A DNA stretch of 64,000 nucleotides. It comes from Amphiscolops sp. MND2022. Its lineage: Eukaryota. Positions 1 through 13,975 of the stretch are shown one piece after another. The stretch lies in assembly GCA_964187785.1 (NCBI GenBank), contig OZ076409.1:55678001-55742000 (forward strand), given 5' to 3'. The position numbers and the translations under genes were made by a program. A model generated the notes under the pieces. The model saw only the letters and a list, made by a program, of their open reading frames with translations, was not told the origin of the DNA and did not search any database. Numbering within the stretch: position 1 is the first letter of the stretch; every line of letters starts with the position of its first letter.

Positions 1-571
1 GAACCATCGCAACAAATCCAACTTGTCTCCAAGGTGAAAGAACTCTCGTAAAGCCGTGGGGAAGTCCGCTTCAGATGAATGTTTTCCGACCTGTGCTAAC
101 CTTTTACTGTCATAAGTAACGCGCATCTTTCTATAATTCTGAGGACCAAGGCTCAAATACCCCATAGAAACTGGGTCAAGAATTAGGGAAATTTGCAACT
201 CCAGGGTGAAAGAGCGAAAGTGATCTAAAATCGCCTAAGTAGCTTTCGATGCAACAATACATCAAAACAATGGATCACACAGCTAAAGCTGGGCCTCGCA
301 AATATCAAACAAAGGTTATCAGGGGAAAAGACTCATTTTTCTGTTTTTGCTACTTTAGGTTACAATTCACTAAAATATATCAAAACCGTGGGTTTAGCAA
401 CTGTAATTGGAGTTATTTTAAAGTTTTTCATCTCTCTGTCTCTGTCTGCCGTCGGGCTCTCTCTATCTGCTCTCGTCTTTGATTTTTGTTCAAAATCTTG
501 CGGAGACAGCAAATATAGCAATCACATGCCCAATGCCACGTCAAATTCCGGAACATATAATTTCACAACTT

Positions 572-1460
572 CTCATGTTGAGCACTCCCTGCGAATCTGT
601 ACAGATCTGCACAGATCCTGACAGATATTCCAGGATTGTTCGAAAATTGAATAGTCATAAATTCAGTTTTCGAAAAAGAAATTAGTTGGTTAAAAAGTGC
701 TCCACGAAAAAAAAGTCTTCTTCTCTTATTTGAAGTTTTAAAACAATTAACCATACCAATAAATTACTATAACGTATTCCGAGTTTCCAGCAATTACTAA
801 AACTACTCCAGCAAACCATGTTCCCGAAATATTACAACCACAGCACTCTATCAACACCTCTACCAACCCAGAAGGTTGTCACATGTCAAATTTCATCCGT
901 CAAAACGAAGTCAATATGGCAAACGAGCCTCTCAAAGTTGAAAAACCACTTCTGGAAAGTTCAAGTGAAATGGATAAATTGAAGTGTATAACCAACACCA
1001 AAATTACCGTGATGGGGAAAAGATTTCCTGCTCAAGAAGTTTGGGCGATGGAGACTTTCAACTGACTGAGAATTGGTCAGCAAAAATACTTCTTGAAGAA
1101 TCCTACATCTCATGCTTGGCGTGATTTCCGCTTCACCTGATTTATCGCCCTGTAAAACTTGAAAAAATCATTTATGCTTCAGCATAAATCAATCTACACT
1201 TATTGTATACTGGCATCAGCTATCCCTATACAATAATACAGTGTTTTCTCTCCCTCTCTCTCCCAAAAATGCAATATATTGTTTCCCAGAAGCTCCGGAA
1301 AAAAATTTCCTGAAAAATCTGTACAGAAAATCCATGAACATCTGTAAAGATCCTTGCAGATCTGCAGTTGTCCTTACGTAGCAGTGGCACGATCTTTATA
1401 GATCCTCAAGGAAAATTGGCTCACAGATCTGTACAGATCTCAAGGAAAGCTCAACATGGG
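572..1460. mobile_element. Non-autonomous TIR DNA transposon (MITE-like)
   Basis: Left end ctcatgttgagc...atctgtacagatctg (572-609) is the inverted counterpart of the right end cagatctgtacagatct...gctcaacatggg (1424-1460). The acagatc motif repeats subterminally at both ends. No clear TSD and no intact ORF. Confidence 0.65.
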
Positions 1461-3076
1461 TTTCTGCAACCTCATGTAACGGTAAGCTAATATGGCGACT
1501 TAGGAAGTTACACAAGGGTAGCAAGCAGCAAAAAACGTTCAGGACTCACTATCATTTGTCAATAAACCATTTTTCCTCCGGTTGGGTTGTCGCGTCGTGA
1601 GGGAAGAGGTCCCGTCTCTGTAAGAAGCTCTCTAACAGATTCTGGTCTGTAAATGCTTTCTTTGGTGTGCATCTTGCTCTTTCTCAGCACCACCACTCTA
1701 ACAACCTTTAAAAACGGGTTCACGAACTGCCAAATCGATAAATACAGGAGTGCCGGAAGATGTAATAAACAGCAGCTCTCAAGTATACGACAGTTTAGTA
1801 ACATTACATTACAATACATCAAAACAAGAGAAAATGCCAAATTTCCGCCTTGCTAGCAAACTGTGGGATCCACTGATTATATAACGTTCACGCGAAGTAC
1901 ACTATTTGGAAAGGGTTTATTCTTCAGGTTGAGACAAGAACTCTTCCGCACAAGGTAGCACGCGCGCCTACTTCCACGCATATCATAGTCTACTGGATTC
2001 TAATACTTTCTCATACATCGATTGGTCTTGCCTTACACTCAAGGCCAAATGTCTTTGCGGAACAGTTCTTTCAACGATATTTTCAAAAATGAACGGAACT
2101 AAAAAACTGATCACGGAAAAAACGGGGGAAAAATTAAAAAAGTAATTCAGTTCACAAAAACGGTTCACAAATTTTGTTATTTTGTTACAATATCTGTTAA
2201 TTTGCAAAGACTTTTGGCCTTGGGTGTACTTCTGTGTGACCTTACTTTTGCGCGTTAAATCAAATCCTAAAATCAATTTTCCAGATTAATAACAATTGGA
2301 ACGCAAAAAAAACACAAAAATTTGTTTTCAATCGGAAGTCATCCATTCAATAGTCAAAAGTTGTTCTCTTACTTGTGTTCCCATCTGAGTTCTCTCTGAC
2401 TTTTGATTTAGACTTAATTTGCAGAACAGAAGTCATGAAAAGTTATCTGATACGAATCAAAATTGCAGGTGATCTCTCGCAATTCTCGTTAGTTTTTTAA
2501 TTGTCTTCTTGTACGAGATTTATGTATATTCTGTGTATCATACCATTGGTGAGCGTTATTGAGCAGCAAAAGACTTGGCAAATTGATTCCACATCGCTAG
2601 AACACTTAGTTCACGAGTACTTTTGTGCTTTATTGGTTGCATTGAAAAGTCGAGAATGGTAAAGGTTGTTTTCCGAGGTGCAACGCACAAGTTACGTTAC
2701 CTACCAATGTCTAGAGGCATCATTTTTGATTGGGGCTCTCTTCTGTCCCAAAAAATAGACACGTCTTTTGATGAACTGAACTCGGGCTCCTAAAAGTCCC
2801 GATAACATTCTGACGTATGAGTCTCCATTTATAGACAGAAGCCACAATAGTTTTCATTGAGTTTGAGTACAATAAAATAATAAGTCTAATCAAAAATTGT
2901 GTAGTGTTATTTGTTGACCCGTAAATTTTTTTTTCAAGAAACAATAAATTTTAGTTTTGAAACCTTGTTTTTTTAAATTCCTTTGCTTCATCTATTTCTG
3001 CCAATAGCTACTAGAATCGCTGGATTTCAAGGCCTGGTAGCAGGAGTACGTGGGTTCACGTCCCACTCTAAACCAG

Positions 3077-6000
3077 TTTTTTATGCTTCCAAACCCAGAG
3101 GAAAGACCAAAGAGTCCTCAAATGTTTCCTAATTTTTTGAACCGAACGGTCCCCTTCCTGATAGCAGGAACAAAGAGTTTTCCGAGCATAGACGGCCCTT
3201 ATTGTTTTTCGGCATCGAAGCAATTGTTTTTGAAAAAACAAGATTTCGCACAATTTTTGTTTCCATTAAACAAACAATTAACAATATTCGTTTTCATGCA
3301 GATTTGTACAAATTCCGTTTGATATCATGCTTTTTGTCGCCAAACTCATTTATACTCGAGTTTTCGAATATCTAGTTTTGCTTCCAACAAGTTAAATTTT
3401 GTATTCATGTCCAAGACAGAAGAGTAAAACTTTCCGCTGCATTCTCAGCTTGCTTGTTTTTGATCTAGTTGAAACCTCCACAGATCTCTATAATGCTCCC
3501 GAGTGATAATTGTTCATCTTCAGGTGAAACGTTGATCGATATTCTGGTTTGGACTAAATATTTTTGTCGTTTTTCTACCAAAAACTAGCTTCAGTGGAGA
3601 TCCACAAGTAGCATGAACCCAACAAGAACCTCGTAAAATGATGTGTTTCCGATTACAAGAAAAACAATTCTTCGAGATCGTTCGAAACCGCACTACCTGA
3701 AGAGGTTCCGGTTGGCTTCTCACTACTTCAAAACCAAACCGTTTTTTGTCCCCATGGAGGGCAAAAAAAGCATCAGTTCGGAACTGGAGCTGAAACTCTC
3801 GCGACAGAGAAATCACTTTGAGGAGCGAAACATTTCTCCCGACCTCTCAATTAAAATATCAAAGTTCTCAAAAACTGTCCATGCGATTGGAGCGAAAATT
3901 TCTACAGTCATTTTACACCATATTAGAGTCCTATATGTGCAATGACATCAAAATCGTACTAACATAAAGGCACCAAATAGACGTTCGAAGCGTTTTCACG
4001 CCGAGTAGCGGAAGAAGATTTCCACATTGAGGTTAATTTCAAAAGTTTTCGCCCAAGAGTGTTGACGAAGAACGTCTCATTCGTTGTGCAGGTTATCTTA
4101 AAATCATCTTCAGCTTCGCCTTACAGCTGATAACCATAGTCACCAAAGTCACAATGTTTTCATCAGTAAGAATGAGCATTGACACCTTTATTGTTACATG
4201 GCTGCTCAACAAAGCAAAGTTTGCACTATTTTGAAAAATTATTGCGTTATACTACTTTAAGTTATTGTTTTGTGATCTCTATTGCTTTCTCATCTGTTTT
4301 AAAAAAATACGTTTCGTTAACTATTGGTTTGTGGAAGTTTTTAGATCTATTGTGCCAACTTTCGCTCAATGCCGATACCAATACCTAAGAATGATATTGA
4401 CCCAAAACCTCCATACTAATACCAATTTGGTCGATAACAATATCCTTTTTGAGGGGTATTGAATTCCTTGTTGTATTGCAAGCTGCACCTTTCCTGTGCA
4501 GTGTCAGTGAACGCACCCATGGTCATTAAGAAACACACGAGAAAACATAGGCGCAAAGGAATTTGCGCACTGCTTCGAGCGACAGGTCCCGCAGCCATAA
4601 TTGACTATCATCATGTGCATTTGAACCATATTACCAAGTTATTAGCTATGACGAAAAGCTAAGGTTATATACGGCACGAGAATGCTCAAAATACAATGAA
4701 ATTGAAAAGAATTGCGGGTATTAATCCTATGAAGCTTAACTTTTTCGGCCTTTACCACTATATAAAAGGAAGGGCTGCCCTAGTTATCAATAGGACGGTT
4801 GATATGTGCCATCACTAGCAAGTATACTTTCAGTTCTAAAAATTAGCTGAATTGTGCATCAAACAACCTTCCAGCATCAGTGGGCACCGTTGGAAACGTA
4901 TTCCAGAGGATGAATAACCTGTTAAAATTTGCGAATGGGGCAAAATCACGAAAAGATCCCCATTTTTTATGCTTCCAAACCCAGAGGAAAGACCAAAGAG
5001 TCCTCAAATGTTTCCTAATTTTTTGAACCGAACGGTCCCCTTCCTGATAGCAGGAACAAAGAGTTTTCCGAGCATAGACGGCCCTTATTGTTTTTCGGCA
5101 TCGAAGCAATTGTTTTTGAAAAAACAAGATTTCGCACAATTTTTGTTTCCATTAAACAAACAATTAACAATATTCGTTTTCATGCAGATTTTTACAAATT
5201 CCGTTTGATATCATGCTTTTTGTCGCCAAACTCATTTATACTCGAGTTTTCGAATATCTAGTTTTGCTTCCAACAAGTTAAATTTTGTATTCATGTCCAA
5301 GACAGAAGAGTAAAACTTTCCGCTGCATTCTCAGCTTGCTTGTTTTTGATCTAGTTGAAACCTCCACAGATCTCTATAATGCTCCCGAGTGATAATTGTT
5401 CATCTTCAGGTGAAACGTTGATCGATATTCTGGTTTGGACTAAATATTTTTGTCGTTTTTCTACCAAAAACTAGCTTCAGTGGAGATCCACAAGTAGCAT
5501 GAACCCAACAAGAACCTCGTAAAATGATGTGTTTCCGATTACAAGAAAAACAATTCTTCGAGATCGTTCGAAACCGCACTACCTGAAGAGGTTCCGGTTG
5601 GCTTCTCACTACTTCAAAACCAAACCGTTTTTTGTCCCCATGGAGGGCAAAAAAAGCATCAGTTCGGAACTGGAGCTGAAACTCTCGCGACAGAGAAATC
5701 ACTTTGAGGAGCGAAACATTTCTCCCGACCTCTCAATTAAAATATCAAAGTTCTCAAAAACTGTCCATGCGATTGGAGCGAAAATTTCTACAGTCATTTT
5801 ACACCATATTAGAGTCCTATATGTGCAATGACATCAAAATCGTACTAACATAAAGGCACCAAATAGACGTTCGAAGCGTTTTCACGCCGAGTAGCGGAAG
5901 AAGATTTCCACATTGAGGTTAATTTCAAAAGTTTTCGCCCAAGAGTGTTGACGAAGAACGTCTCATTCGTTGTGCAGGTTATCTTAAAATCATCTTCAGC

Positions 6001-6845
6001 TTCGCCTTACAGCTGATAACCATAGTCACCAAAGTCACAATGTTTTCATCAGTAAGAATGAGCATTGACACCTTTATTGTTACATGGCTGCTCAACAAAG
6101 CAAAGTTTGCACTATTTTGAAAAATTATTGCGTTATACTACTTTAAGTTATTGTTTTGTGATCTCTATTGCTTTCTCATCTGTTTTAAAAAAATACGTTT
6201 CGTTAACTATTGGTTTGTGGAAGTTTTTAGATCTATTGTGCCAACTTTCGCTCAATGCCGATACCAATACCTAAGAATGATATTGACCCAAAACCTCCAT
6301 ACTAATACCAATTTGGTCGATAACAATATCCTTTTTGAGGGGTATTGAATTCCTTGTTGTATTGCAAGCTGCACCTTTCCTGTGCAGTGTCAGTGAACGC
6401 ACCCATGGTCATTAGGAAACACACGAGAAAACATAGGCGCAAAGGAATTTGCGCACTGCTTCGAGCGACAGGTCCCGCAGCCATAATTGACTATCATCAT
6501 GTGCATTTGAACCATATTACCAAGTTATTAGCTATGACGAAAAGCTAAGGTTATATACGGCACGAGAATGCTCAAAATACAATGAAATTGAAAAGAATTG
6601 CGGGTATTAATCCTATGAAGCTTAACTTTTTCGGCCTTTACCACTATATAAAAGGAAGGGCTGCCCTAGTTATCAATAGGACGGTTGATATGTGCCATCA
6701 CTAGCAAGTATACTTTCAGTTCTAAAAATTAGCTGAATTGTGCATCAAACAACCTTCCAGCATCAGTGGGCACCGTTGGAAACGTATTCCAGAGGATGAA
6801 TAACCTGTTAAAATTTGCGAATGGGGCAAAATCACGAAAAGATCC
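3077..6845. repeat. Direct tandem duplication, 1886-bp period (3077-4959 / 4963-6845)
   Basis: ORF-track pairs are offset by exactly 1886 (3520/5406, 3643/5529, 4179/6065). Only two substitutions were seen by eye (about 3306/5192 and 4529/6415). Confidence 0.95.
3828..3960 (+). repeat. Fragment of HINE family B internal repeat (second copy about 5714-5846)
   Basis: tttctcccgacc...ttctcaaaaactgtccat...acaccatattagagtcctatatgtgcaatg(a/g)catcaaaatcgta matches the array at 40615-42086. Confidence 0.8.
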
Positions 6846-8520
6846 GAAATCATTTTTGTTTTCAATACAACGTAGTTGAATATCATTGCACAGCGAGGTG
6901 TGAATATAACTTAGTGTTGTCTTGATTTAATTGTTGCATATGACATCAAATCTCTCAGGAATATTGCGGTAATGCATAATACCTTCTGTGCAGATATTCA
7001 CTGGATAGAATACGTTAAGAACGGAAATTTCGCGGTTTTACGCTTCAAACAACCACATCATCAATAACTAACGGTGAGTATGTACTCCAGTGGTCCAATA
7101 TGATCTCACTCTCGAAAACCCATACATCGAGAGGTCTGAAAAAAACTTTGGTTTCCGACATCAAAAATGGACAAAAAAACTATTCACCGAAAACTTTACA
7201 GGCATGAGACAAAGCAAATTAATGAGCAATTATGGAGTATATGATTCAATGTACATTGCCGAGAGATCTTCGAGCAATTTTACATTTTCTACTAGCAGTA
7301 TAAATGAATAAAAACCTTCCAAGGATGAAGTCAGCATTTTTAACAACAGCAGTGCAAAAAAGACAGTAGGAGGGTTACTAGGGGTAATCAGACCGCAATC
7401 TATGCATTTTTACAAGACCGATCCGGTAAATTCGTCTATTTCACTCCTTCCTAAGAATAGTTTGGAAAATGTATATTTGAAAATTGAAGGATCAAATATT
7501 CATTTATTTCAAGATTCGTAGTAAAGCACAATTTGTATAATATACAATGAACTGCCCGAAAATCCAACAACATTTAAATCTTCACCAACAAATTCAGTTC
7601 CAACAATTTGGATGGTTTTTGGATGGTCTCGAAGTATTAGGCTCCGAGAAAATAGGCCAAAACTTTTACAAAATTGAATAAGGAGAGCAATTTATCAAAA
7701 AGTCAAAAAATTTGAAAACTTTTTTGTCTCTATCTGTCCAACGTAAACGTTGTGACTTTCCAATTTCTAACTTTGGGCAGCTAAGCAGACCGTATATCGA
7801 GTAGAAACACCACTGCTTGGATTAGAACTGATTGCTACTTGAAAAAAGGTTGAGAAATTTTTTACGCAGAAAAACCGAAAAATTTTCCTATTTTTAATGG
7901 TCATTTTCGCAAAGCCCAATAATTCTAGGATAAAAAAACTTTCACCAAATTAAAGAAAACATCGTTTTACGTCGGTTAGTATCTACATCGGGCCAATGCG
8001 CTGTGGTTTGCGAAAAGAAAAATAGCAAAAATCGACAAAAACCCTAAAAATTTTCGAAAATTTCGCGCTTTCGAAGCTAATAAAATCGCACCGGTGGAAA
8101 ATTTTCGGAAAGTTTTTTACACGGTTAGAAAGAACATCAAGTTGCGTTTCTTTTTGGAAAGTTTGGATTGTCGCGGAAAAATAGGCTCTGAGAAAATAGC
8201 CTTCAATTAATACAAATGCAGAGGGTATGTCACGCGAAAAAAAAAACCAAAACGCTAGTAAATGCGGAACAATAGAGACTTCGTCGCTTCGCTTCGCTCG
8301 CTCGAAGCCTCAAAAAAACATTTATTGCATTGTATAAAAATGTCATCGCATGTTTAAAATGGAACATGCACACATTAGAACTTTCACTCTTCATTGACTG
8401 CACTAATGATCGTTCAACTCCTGATTAGCAAGGTCCGCAATTCACTGCGACGCTCAATCGAAAAGTCAGTATCTCCCATCTAACAAATTTGCTTTTTGTC
8501 GTAACGTGGTTCGAAAGGAA

Positions 8521-10400
8521 TTTGTTTTGAATTCAGCTCAATTCAGGTTTTCGTTTTACCTTAATATGGTCCGTACAATATAGTTAATAGTATTCATGAT
8601 ATAGATAACATGACCGGGTGTTAATTCTGCGTTAACACAGCATCAATAGTCACTTTTTTTTACAAAGTGTACTGTTGTACCAATAGTTCGTTTGTAACCT
8701 CATCTAACAGTCACTGGAATGCCCTTTGGTTTTCATCGGCCCACTTGAAATGCTTAGTTTTCTGTGGGAGTTCATTGATACATCGCGTCCTGTCTGCCTA
8801 ATTCGAAATCAGTCGCCCAAAGTAGCTGATAAGTCAGATGAAAGCTTCAATTTCTTTGACATCCTTCGGTGATTGCAGTTGAAGACATTTTTGAAACTGC
8901 TACGGTTCCGACATCACTGCTATACTTCTTTCACTCTGGTGAAACTTCACAGCACAAACAGGAAAACGTTGTCGAAAATGATTCTCACTTGACTTCATTA
9001 ACGGTGAAACTTTTTACTGCCAGTTGTTCTGTGATCGCATTGTATTATGGAGTTCGGTCTCGGTTGCCCCGGAGTTCCGTCTCGGTTGCGCCGATCAAAA
9101 TGACATCGCCTTGATATGCGACGCAACCCCCCAGTACCTTCAGCACTTCCTCGATTGCTTGCTGGAAAATCGCCCCTGAATATTTCATTCCTTGTGGTAA
9201 ACGGGTGACTTGAAATAGGCCACGGGTTGCACTCACTGTACAAAAAAGTTGCGATTTTAATCCAGTGGAAATTGCCAATGAGCAATAGAAAGATCAATTT
9301 TCGCAACGAAACTAGCTCCTGGCACTTTTGAGAAAATGGTTTCGATACCAGGTTGCGAGAATTCTTCGGTCTTATTTTTATCATTTACATTTACTTTATA
9401 CTCATCAATTGTCTTTTTGACTTTCCATTCAAGAGCAACAGTCCCATCCGTGCTGCGCAAATTAGTGATTTAGCATCGTGTTTCAATTTAATAGAAGTTC
9501 GTTCCGCAGTTTGAGCATTCTTCGTCTTTGTTGTAGTTGCCCAATGAAAGTTTGCCATTTCCGAATATTTTCTTTCATAACGTAATTGACCGTTCCGCAC
9601 AAAACATTTATTTCATTCGGATTCTTCTGTTTGTTCACGAACTGTACGGCTTGTGCACGCTGCTGAAAAGCCAACAGAATGTCGATATTGGAGCGACTGG
9701 GTTTAGTTTCAGATGTTTTAACTCTTTTAACTTGTGTTCGGAAAGTGATATTCCGCCGCTGAAGCGTAACAGAATTATCTAAGCTTCCGGATCAGCAATC
9801 GTTTTCAAAATACCGTCTTCAGACGTGCCAGAAAACTCCTGATGACTCATCATTTTTTGGGGTAATAGCCACGAATTATGTTTAGTGGGAAATACCAAGT
9901 CTTTTTCTCGGTTGGAGGTAATTTTCCCGTACCGCTTCACTTTCTTTGAAAGCCATTGTCTCCACTTCTGTCGGTGCAACATGCGATTTGACTTCCATAC
10001 GACTTTCCACAACGCAACGGAGAAACAATTGATCCGTTTTTTGTAGATCGGCTCATGTCATTCCAGCTACCGGTACATTGACTTTCTTTCCGACCCGACA
10101 TTGTGATTTGAATGCATCTATCCAGGATAGAGCATGTTTGGATCCATTTAAGTTAAGTTGTTTTTTGTTTCCATTGCTTGCATTTCAATATTTCCAAAGA
10201 ACGAATTCAATATTATCTTCTCCTTTTCTGTTTAAACGAGAAAATTGTAACACATCTGATGTGTCTTTGGATTCTATTTTTCAACTTTAAGTTTATTCCG
10301 GTAGTCTTAGGTTTATTCCATTTGTCGTAAATTGGTCGAAAAACTGTTTCAAATTCAGTTCAATTCAGGTTCCCGTTTTGTTTACAGTCACTACAACACA
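8521..10400 (-). mobile_element. Degenerate Ty3/Gypsy LTR retrotransposon (RT remnant with LTR-like direct repeats)
   Basis: Minus-strand RT pieces: VAKIDLSIAHWQFPLD; LPQGMKYSGAIFQQAIEEVLKVLGGCVAYQGDVILIG (YxDD decayed to YQGD); thumb/connection PKDVKEIEAF...FKWADENQRAF. Short direct repeat aattcag(c/t)tcaattcaggtt at about 8530 and 10352. Confidence 0.75.
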
Positions 10401-11029
10401 ATAAGTAGTATTCTAAACAAAAGTTGATACCAGTTAAAATGCAAGTCCATTATGTGCGAGAGTAATTGAGTTCTTACACCAGTCATCGGTAACGCATAGA
10501 GGAAATCTACATCCTTCGGTAATACACAAGAGATACTGGGAACCAATGAAGTTAGAATAGCGAATGGTAGTTGTTTACCAAATAACTAAAAATGACAATG
10601 ATGTCACCACACTTTTCACTGCTTGTCTCTGAAAATTATGGTAAAACGAAGTTTGAATCACTTCTTCCATGCACGTGGAACCATATATTCGAACGAATTT
10701 CGATTACATGAAAATTTGTTCAGTGACCTAGCTGTTATTGAAGTTGAAGATTTTTTTCCAATGGATTGACAAATCCGTTCATAACTGGAAATTCATATTT
10801 TGATCCGTTTTGCCTAAATTTGATTCGACGAATTGGAGACTGCAACAGTTTGAGCCCTCAACTGATAACAACTGCCTTGTTAAAATGACCTCCGCTTCAA
10901 TCCAACATTTCGGTTGCTCAGTGCTTCTCACTGCCATAGCAGTGAATTGCTGACCATATTGATTAGAATTCCTGATACAACAAAAATTACCAAACCAAAC
11001 TTTGTACGAGCTACAAGTACTGACATTTT

Positions 11030-12620
11030 TATCTGGCAAAATGTAATATCTTCAGCAGAATCCGTATATGATCCGACTAAAGGTGAAGCATTGGCTGTGG
11101 TCTAAGGATTGGAGTCCGCCCGCCACTTTGTTTTCAGTTGCGACAATGTAGTGGTAGCCATTGATCACAAGCCGCTTCTCGGTTTTCTCAACAACTTGCA
11201 CCTTGGCGACATCAAGAAAGAAAGACTACTGTCACTCAAGGAAAAGACGCTACCATACCTGTTTTCCATCATCCATATACCCGGCGAGAAACAACATGAG
11301 CCGGGTGCAATTACGAGGAAACCCACTGGTGATGCAAAAAACCTTCACCTGGATATTTATTTCAAGAGTCGACTCCATCGCATGCGCTAAACCGTGTGTC
11401 TTCTATCCTGTGGCAACCATGACGTGGGAACTCTTTACCTCAGCTGATCTGGAAGAAAAGCTTGCCGTTGCTGCAGCTACCAATTTCGGTGATATCCGCG
11501 CTGTTACATAGACGGAAGTCCGAGAACACACCCTGCGCGATGACAATCTACAAAATCTCCGAGAAAAGATCAAAGACGGTTTCCAGAGCCTTACCTCGCA
11601 ATTGCATTTTGACACTGGTGTAAGACAACTCTTCCAGTTCCAGGATTGACGCAGCACAGATGGAGTGATTCTATACAACAACAGGACTGTTATCCTATCA
11701 CCATTAAGAGACCTGATCCTTTACACACTGTTTTTTGCTCATCAACGTGTCTCTTGAATGATTTCCAGGGCAAAATTTAGTGTCTTTTGGCCGGCCATTA
11801 CGCAGGCTTTTGCAAAAATGATGGCCCGGTTCTGGTCATGCAACAAGCTTGCGCCCCGTCAGCCGCATGTTTATCCGCTTGCGGCTCAGGAACCAGCATA
11901 GCCTTTCCAGTGCATCTGTGCGGATTACTTCAAATACAAGGGCTAAATCTGTTTGGTGGTTGTGGCTACCTGATTGGCCGATTGTGCAACAACCACGAGA
12001 TGTTTTTTTGGGTCTTGTAAATTGCCTTCGCGAAATTTTCGTCGCATAAGGCATTGTATATGAACTATCTTCAGATCGGGGACCTGGATTTACAGCCGAG
12101 AAGACACATCAACTGTTGTCAGATTGGGATGTCAATCGTCGCCTCTCGTCTGTTGCGCTTGCCCATTCAAACGGACATGCTTATGAACAACACTGGCCTG
12201 AATGGCGAGATCAACTTCGACAAGTTTCACAGAAGCATGCTTCAATACCGTAACTTCCCCGACCGCGATACAATTTTATCCCCAGCACAGATGATTGATC
12301 TTTGGACGACCCATAAACGACTTCATCCCCATTCTGCCCGGTTGGTACTGACGTCACAACTCCTGGATAGAAACATCGCTGGCCAGGGAAGCGGCAATGC
12401 GAGCTAGAAACGTCAGAAATGCAGAACGCCTCTTTGAGCACACGGTACGATTGCAACACCTTAAAGTTGGCGACCGGGTCTATATCCAGTACCAGACAGG
12501 AAACCATCACTGCGATGGGATCGAACCGACATTGTGATCGACGTGAAACAGTTCGACCAATACGCTGTCAGAGTAGATGGCTCGGGCAAAGTTACTCTCC
12601 GGAAGTTCTAGAAGATCTTT
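11030..12620 (+). pseudogene. Ty3/Gypsy pol remnant (RNase H + integrase) with stops and frameshifts
   Basis: RNase H: AESVYDPTKGEALAVV*GLESARHF...IDHKPLLG...IIHIPGEKQ. Integrase Zn/core: AHQ...RAKFSVFWP...PFQCICADYF. C-terminal FHRSMLQYRNFPDRDTILSPAQMI. Confidence 0.85.
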
Positions 12621-13651
12621 GTGGACCGCGCACCATCTATCCGCATCATCTAGTCTCTACAAACTACCAACAACAACGGGAATCAGTATTGTGTTTGTCC
12701 AATCGATGACTCCTTGAGTATTTGTGGAAGACTCGCCGTGCATAGTTCTGGTAGAATATTGTGTTTCGCTTTCCACCGACTTAACCAGTTCATGTCCAGT
12801 CTTGCGAGAGCATTCTCATCCCACTCCGCACCAACTGGGTCCAATGCCGTCGTTTTTCAACGTTTTGTGTTCTTGTTTTTATTTCTGCAATAGCAGAATT
12901 TCTGATTCTGAAACTTCAGATACTTTGTTTGGCAGATATAAATTTCTAAAGCTGCCGACAACAATTTGTTTCTCGTGCGATAGAACGAGCGAGGGGTAGT
13001 TATGTATTCGTACGCCGAATTATTGAGATGAAGCGAACAAGAATAAATCATGTTGAATGTTCGTTTGCCAACAGCTTCGCCTGCATTCAAATCCGATTGC
13101 GAAACTTCTTCTACTCTGAGTGGTTAATTTTTCTTGAGACCGAGGATAATTAAAGGCGATGTAAACTTGTAGTGATTATTGGTGCTCTATTAAATTGATT
13201 ACGATATGCTACGATAGAAAGCAGAAATAGTAGTCTGCCCCGCAGGGGGCTATTTTTGATTTCACCGCGCTCATACTTTGCTGATATGTCTTCTGACTGT
13301 TCTTTGTTCGAGCATTTGTGACTGCATCTACAACATACTTCGTAGCCAGGTCACTTTGTTTTGAACCTGATGCAAGTTCTTGGACGACAGAGTAACGCTG
13401 CTCTTAAGAGTTAGTGTTTTTTTCTGGCGTCCCATTTCTGCCATTATAAACTCTAATTTACCGAGGACCATAACTAAGGTCTAAGGAATGCGATCTAAAG
13501 AAATTTCGTTGCTAAGATCTGAAGAACTAAGATGTAAAAAGCATGCTTCGTAACTAAGGTCTAAACTGCGAAGGACATTTATACTGAACTATCAAAACAA
13601 ACCAAAAGGGGATTTCTAACCATATGGACGTTCTGAAAGCGAAGTATCATA

Positions 13652-13775
13652 ATGTGGGGCATATGCTATGAGTGCGCGCTCGCCCTCACCGTCGCAAAGA
13701 CCAGCTCCAACTACCATCGCTTCGCGATCTCCGTTCGCGCTACGTCTTTGCTCCTGTTCGACCTCGCTTAGCAAG
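13652..13775 (-). repeat. Copy of the shared MITE core, truncated by the gap
   Basis: Reverse complement of cttgctaagcgaggtcgaacaggagcaaagac...catatgccccaca, the core repeated at 21461-26988. Confidence 0.9.
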
Positions 13776-13975
13776 NNNNNNNNNNNNNNNNNNNNNNNNN
13801 NNNNNNNNNNNNNNNNNNNNNNNNNNNNNNNNNNNNNNNNNNNNNNNNNNNNNNNNNNNNNNNNNNNNNNNNNNNNNNNNNNNNNNNNNNNNNNNNNNNN
13901 NNNNNNNNNNNNNNNNNNNNNNNNNNNNNNNNNNNNNNNNNNNNNNNNNNNNNNNNNNNNNNNNNNNNNNNNNNN
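13776..13975. other. Assembly/scaffold gap (200 N)
   Basis: Run of exactly 200 N. Confidence 0.99.

Noticed and set aside
1..225. Stop-free minus-strand frame running off the left edge (…KMRVTYDSKRL…ALREFFHLGDKLDLLRWF)
   Set aside because: Could be an exon of a neighbouring gene, but no motif was recognised and the context lies outside the window.
4070..4200. Sushi/CCP-like string DYGYQL*GEAEDDFKITC (minus strand), and a CUB-like string near 6900-7050
   Set aside because: Short, needs a stop and a frameshift, and has no supporting exons; may be chance or an old pseudo-exon.
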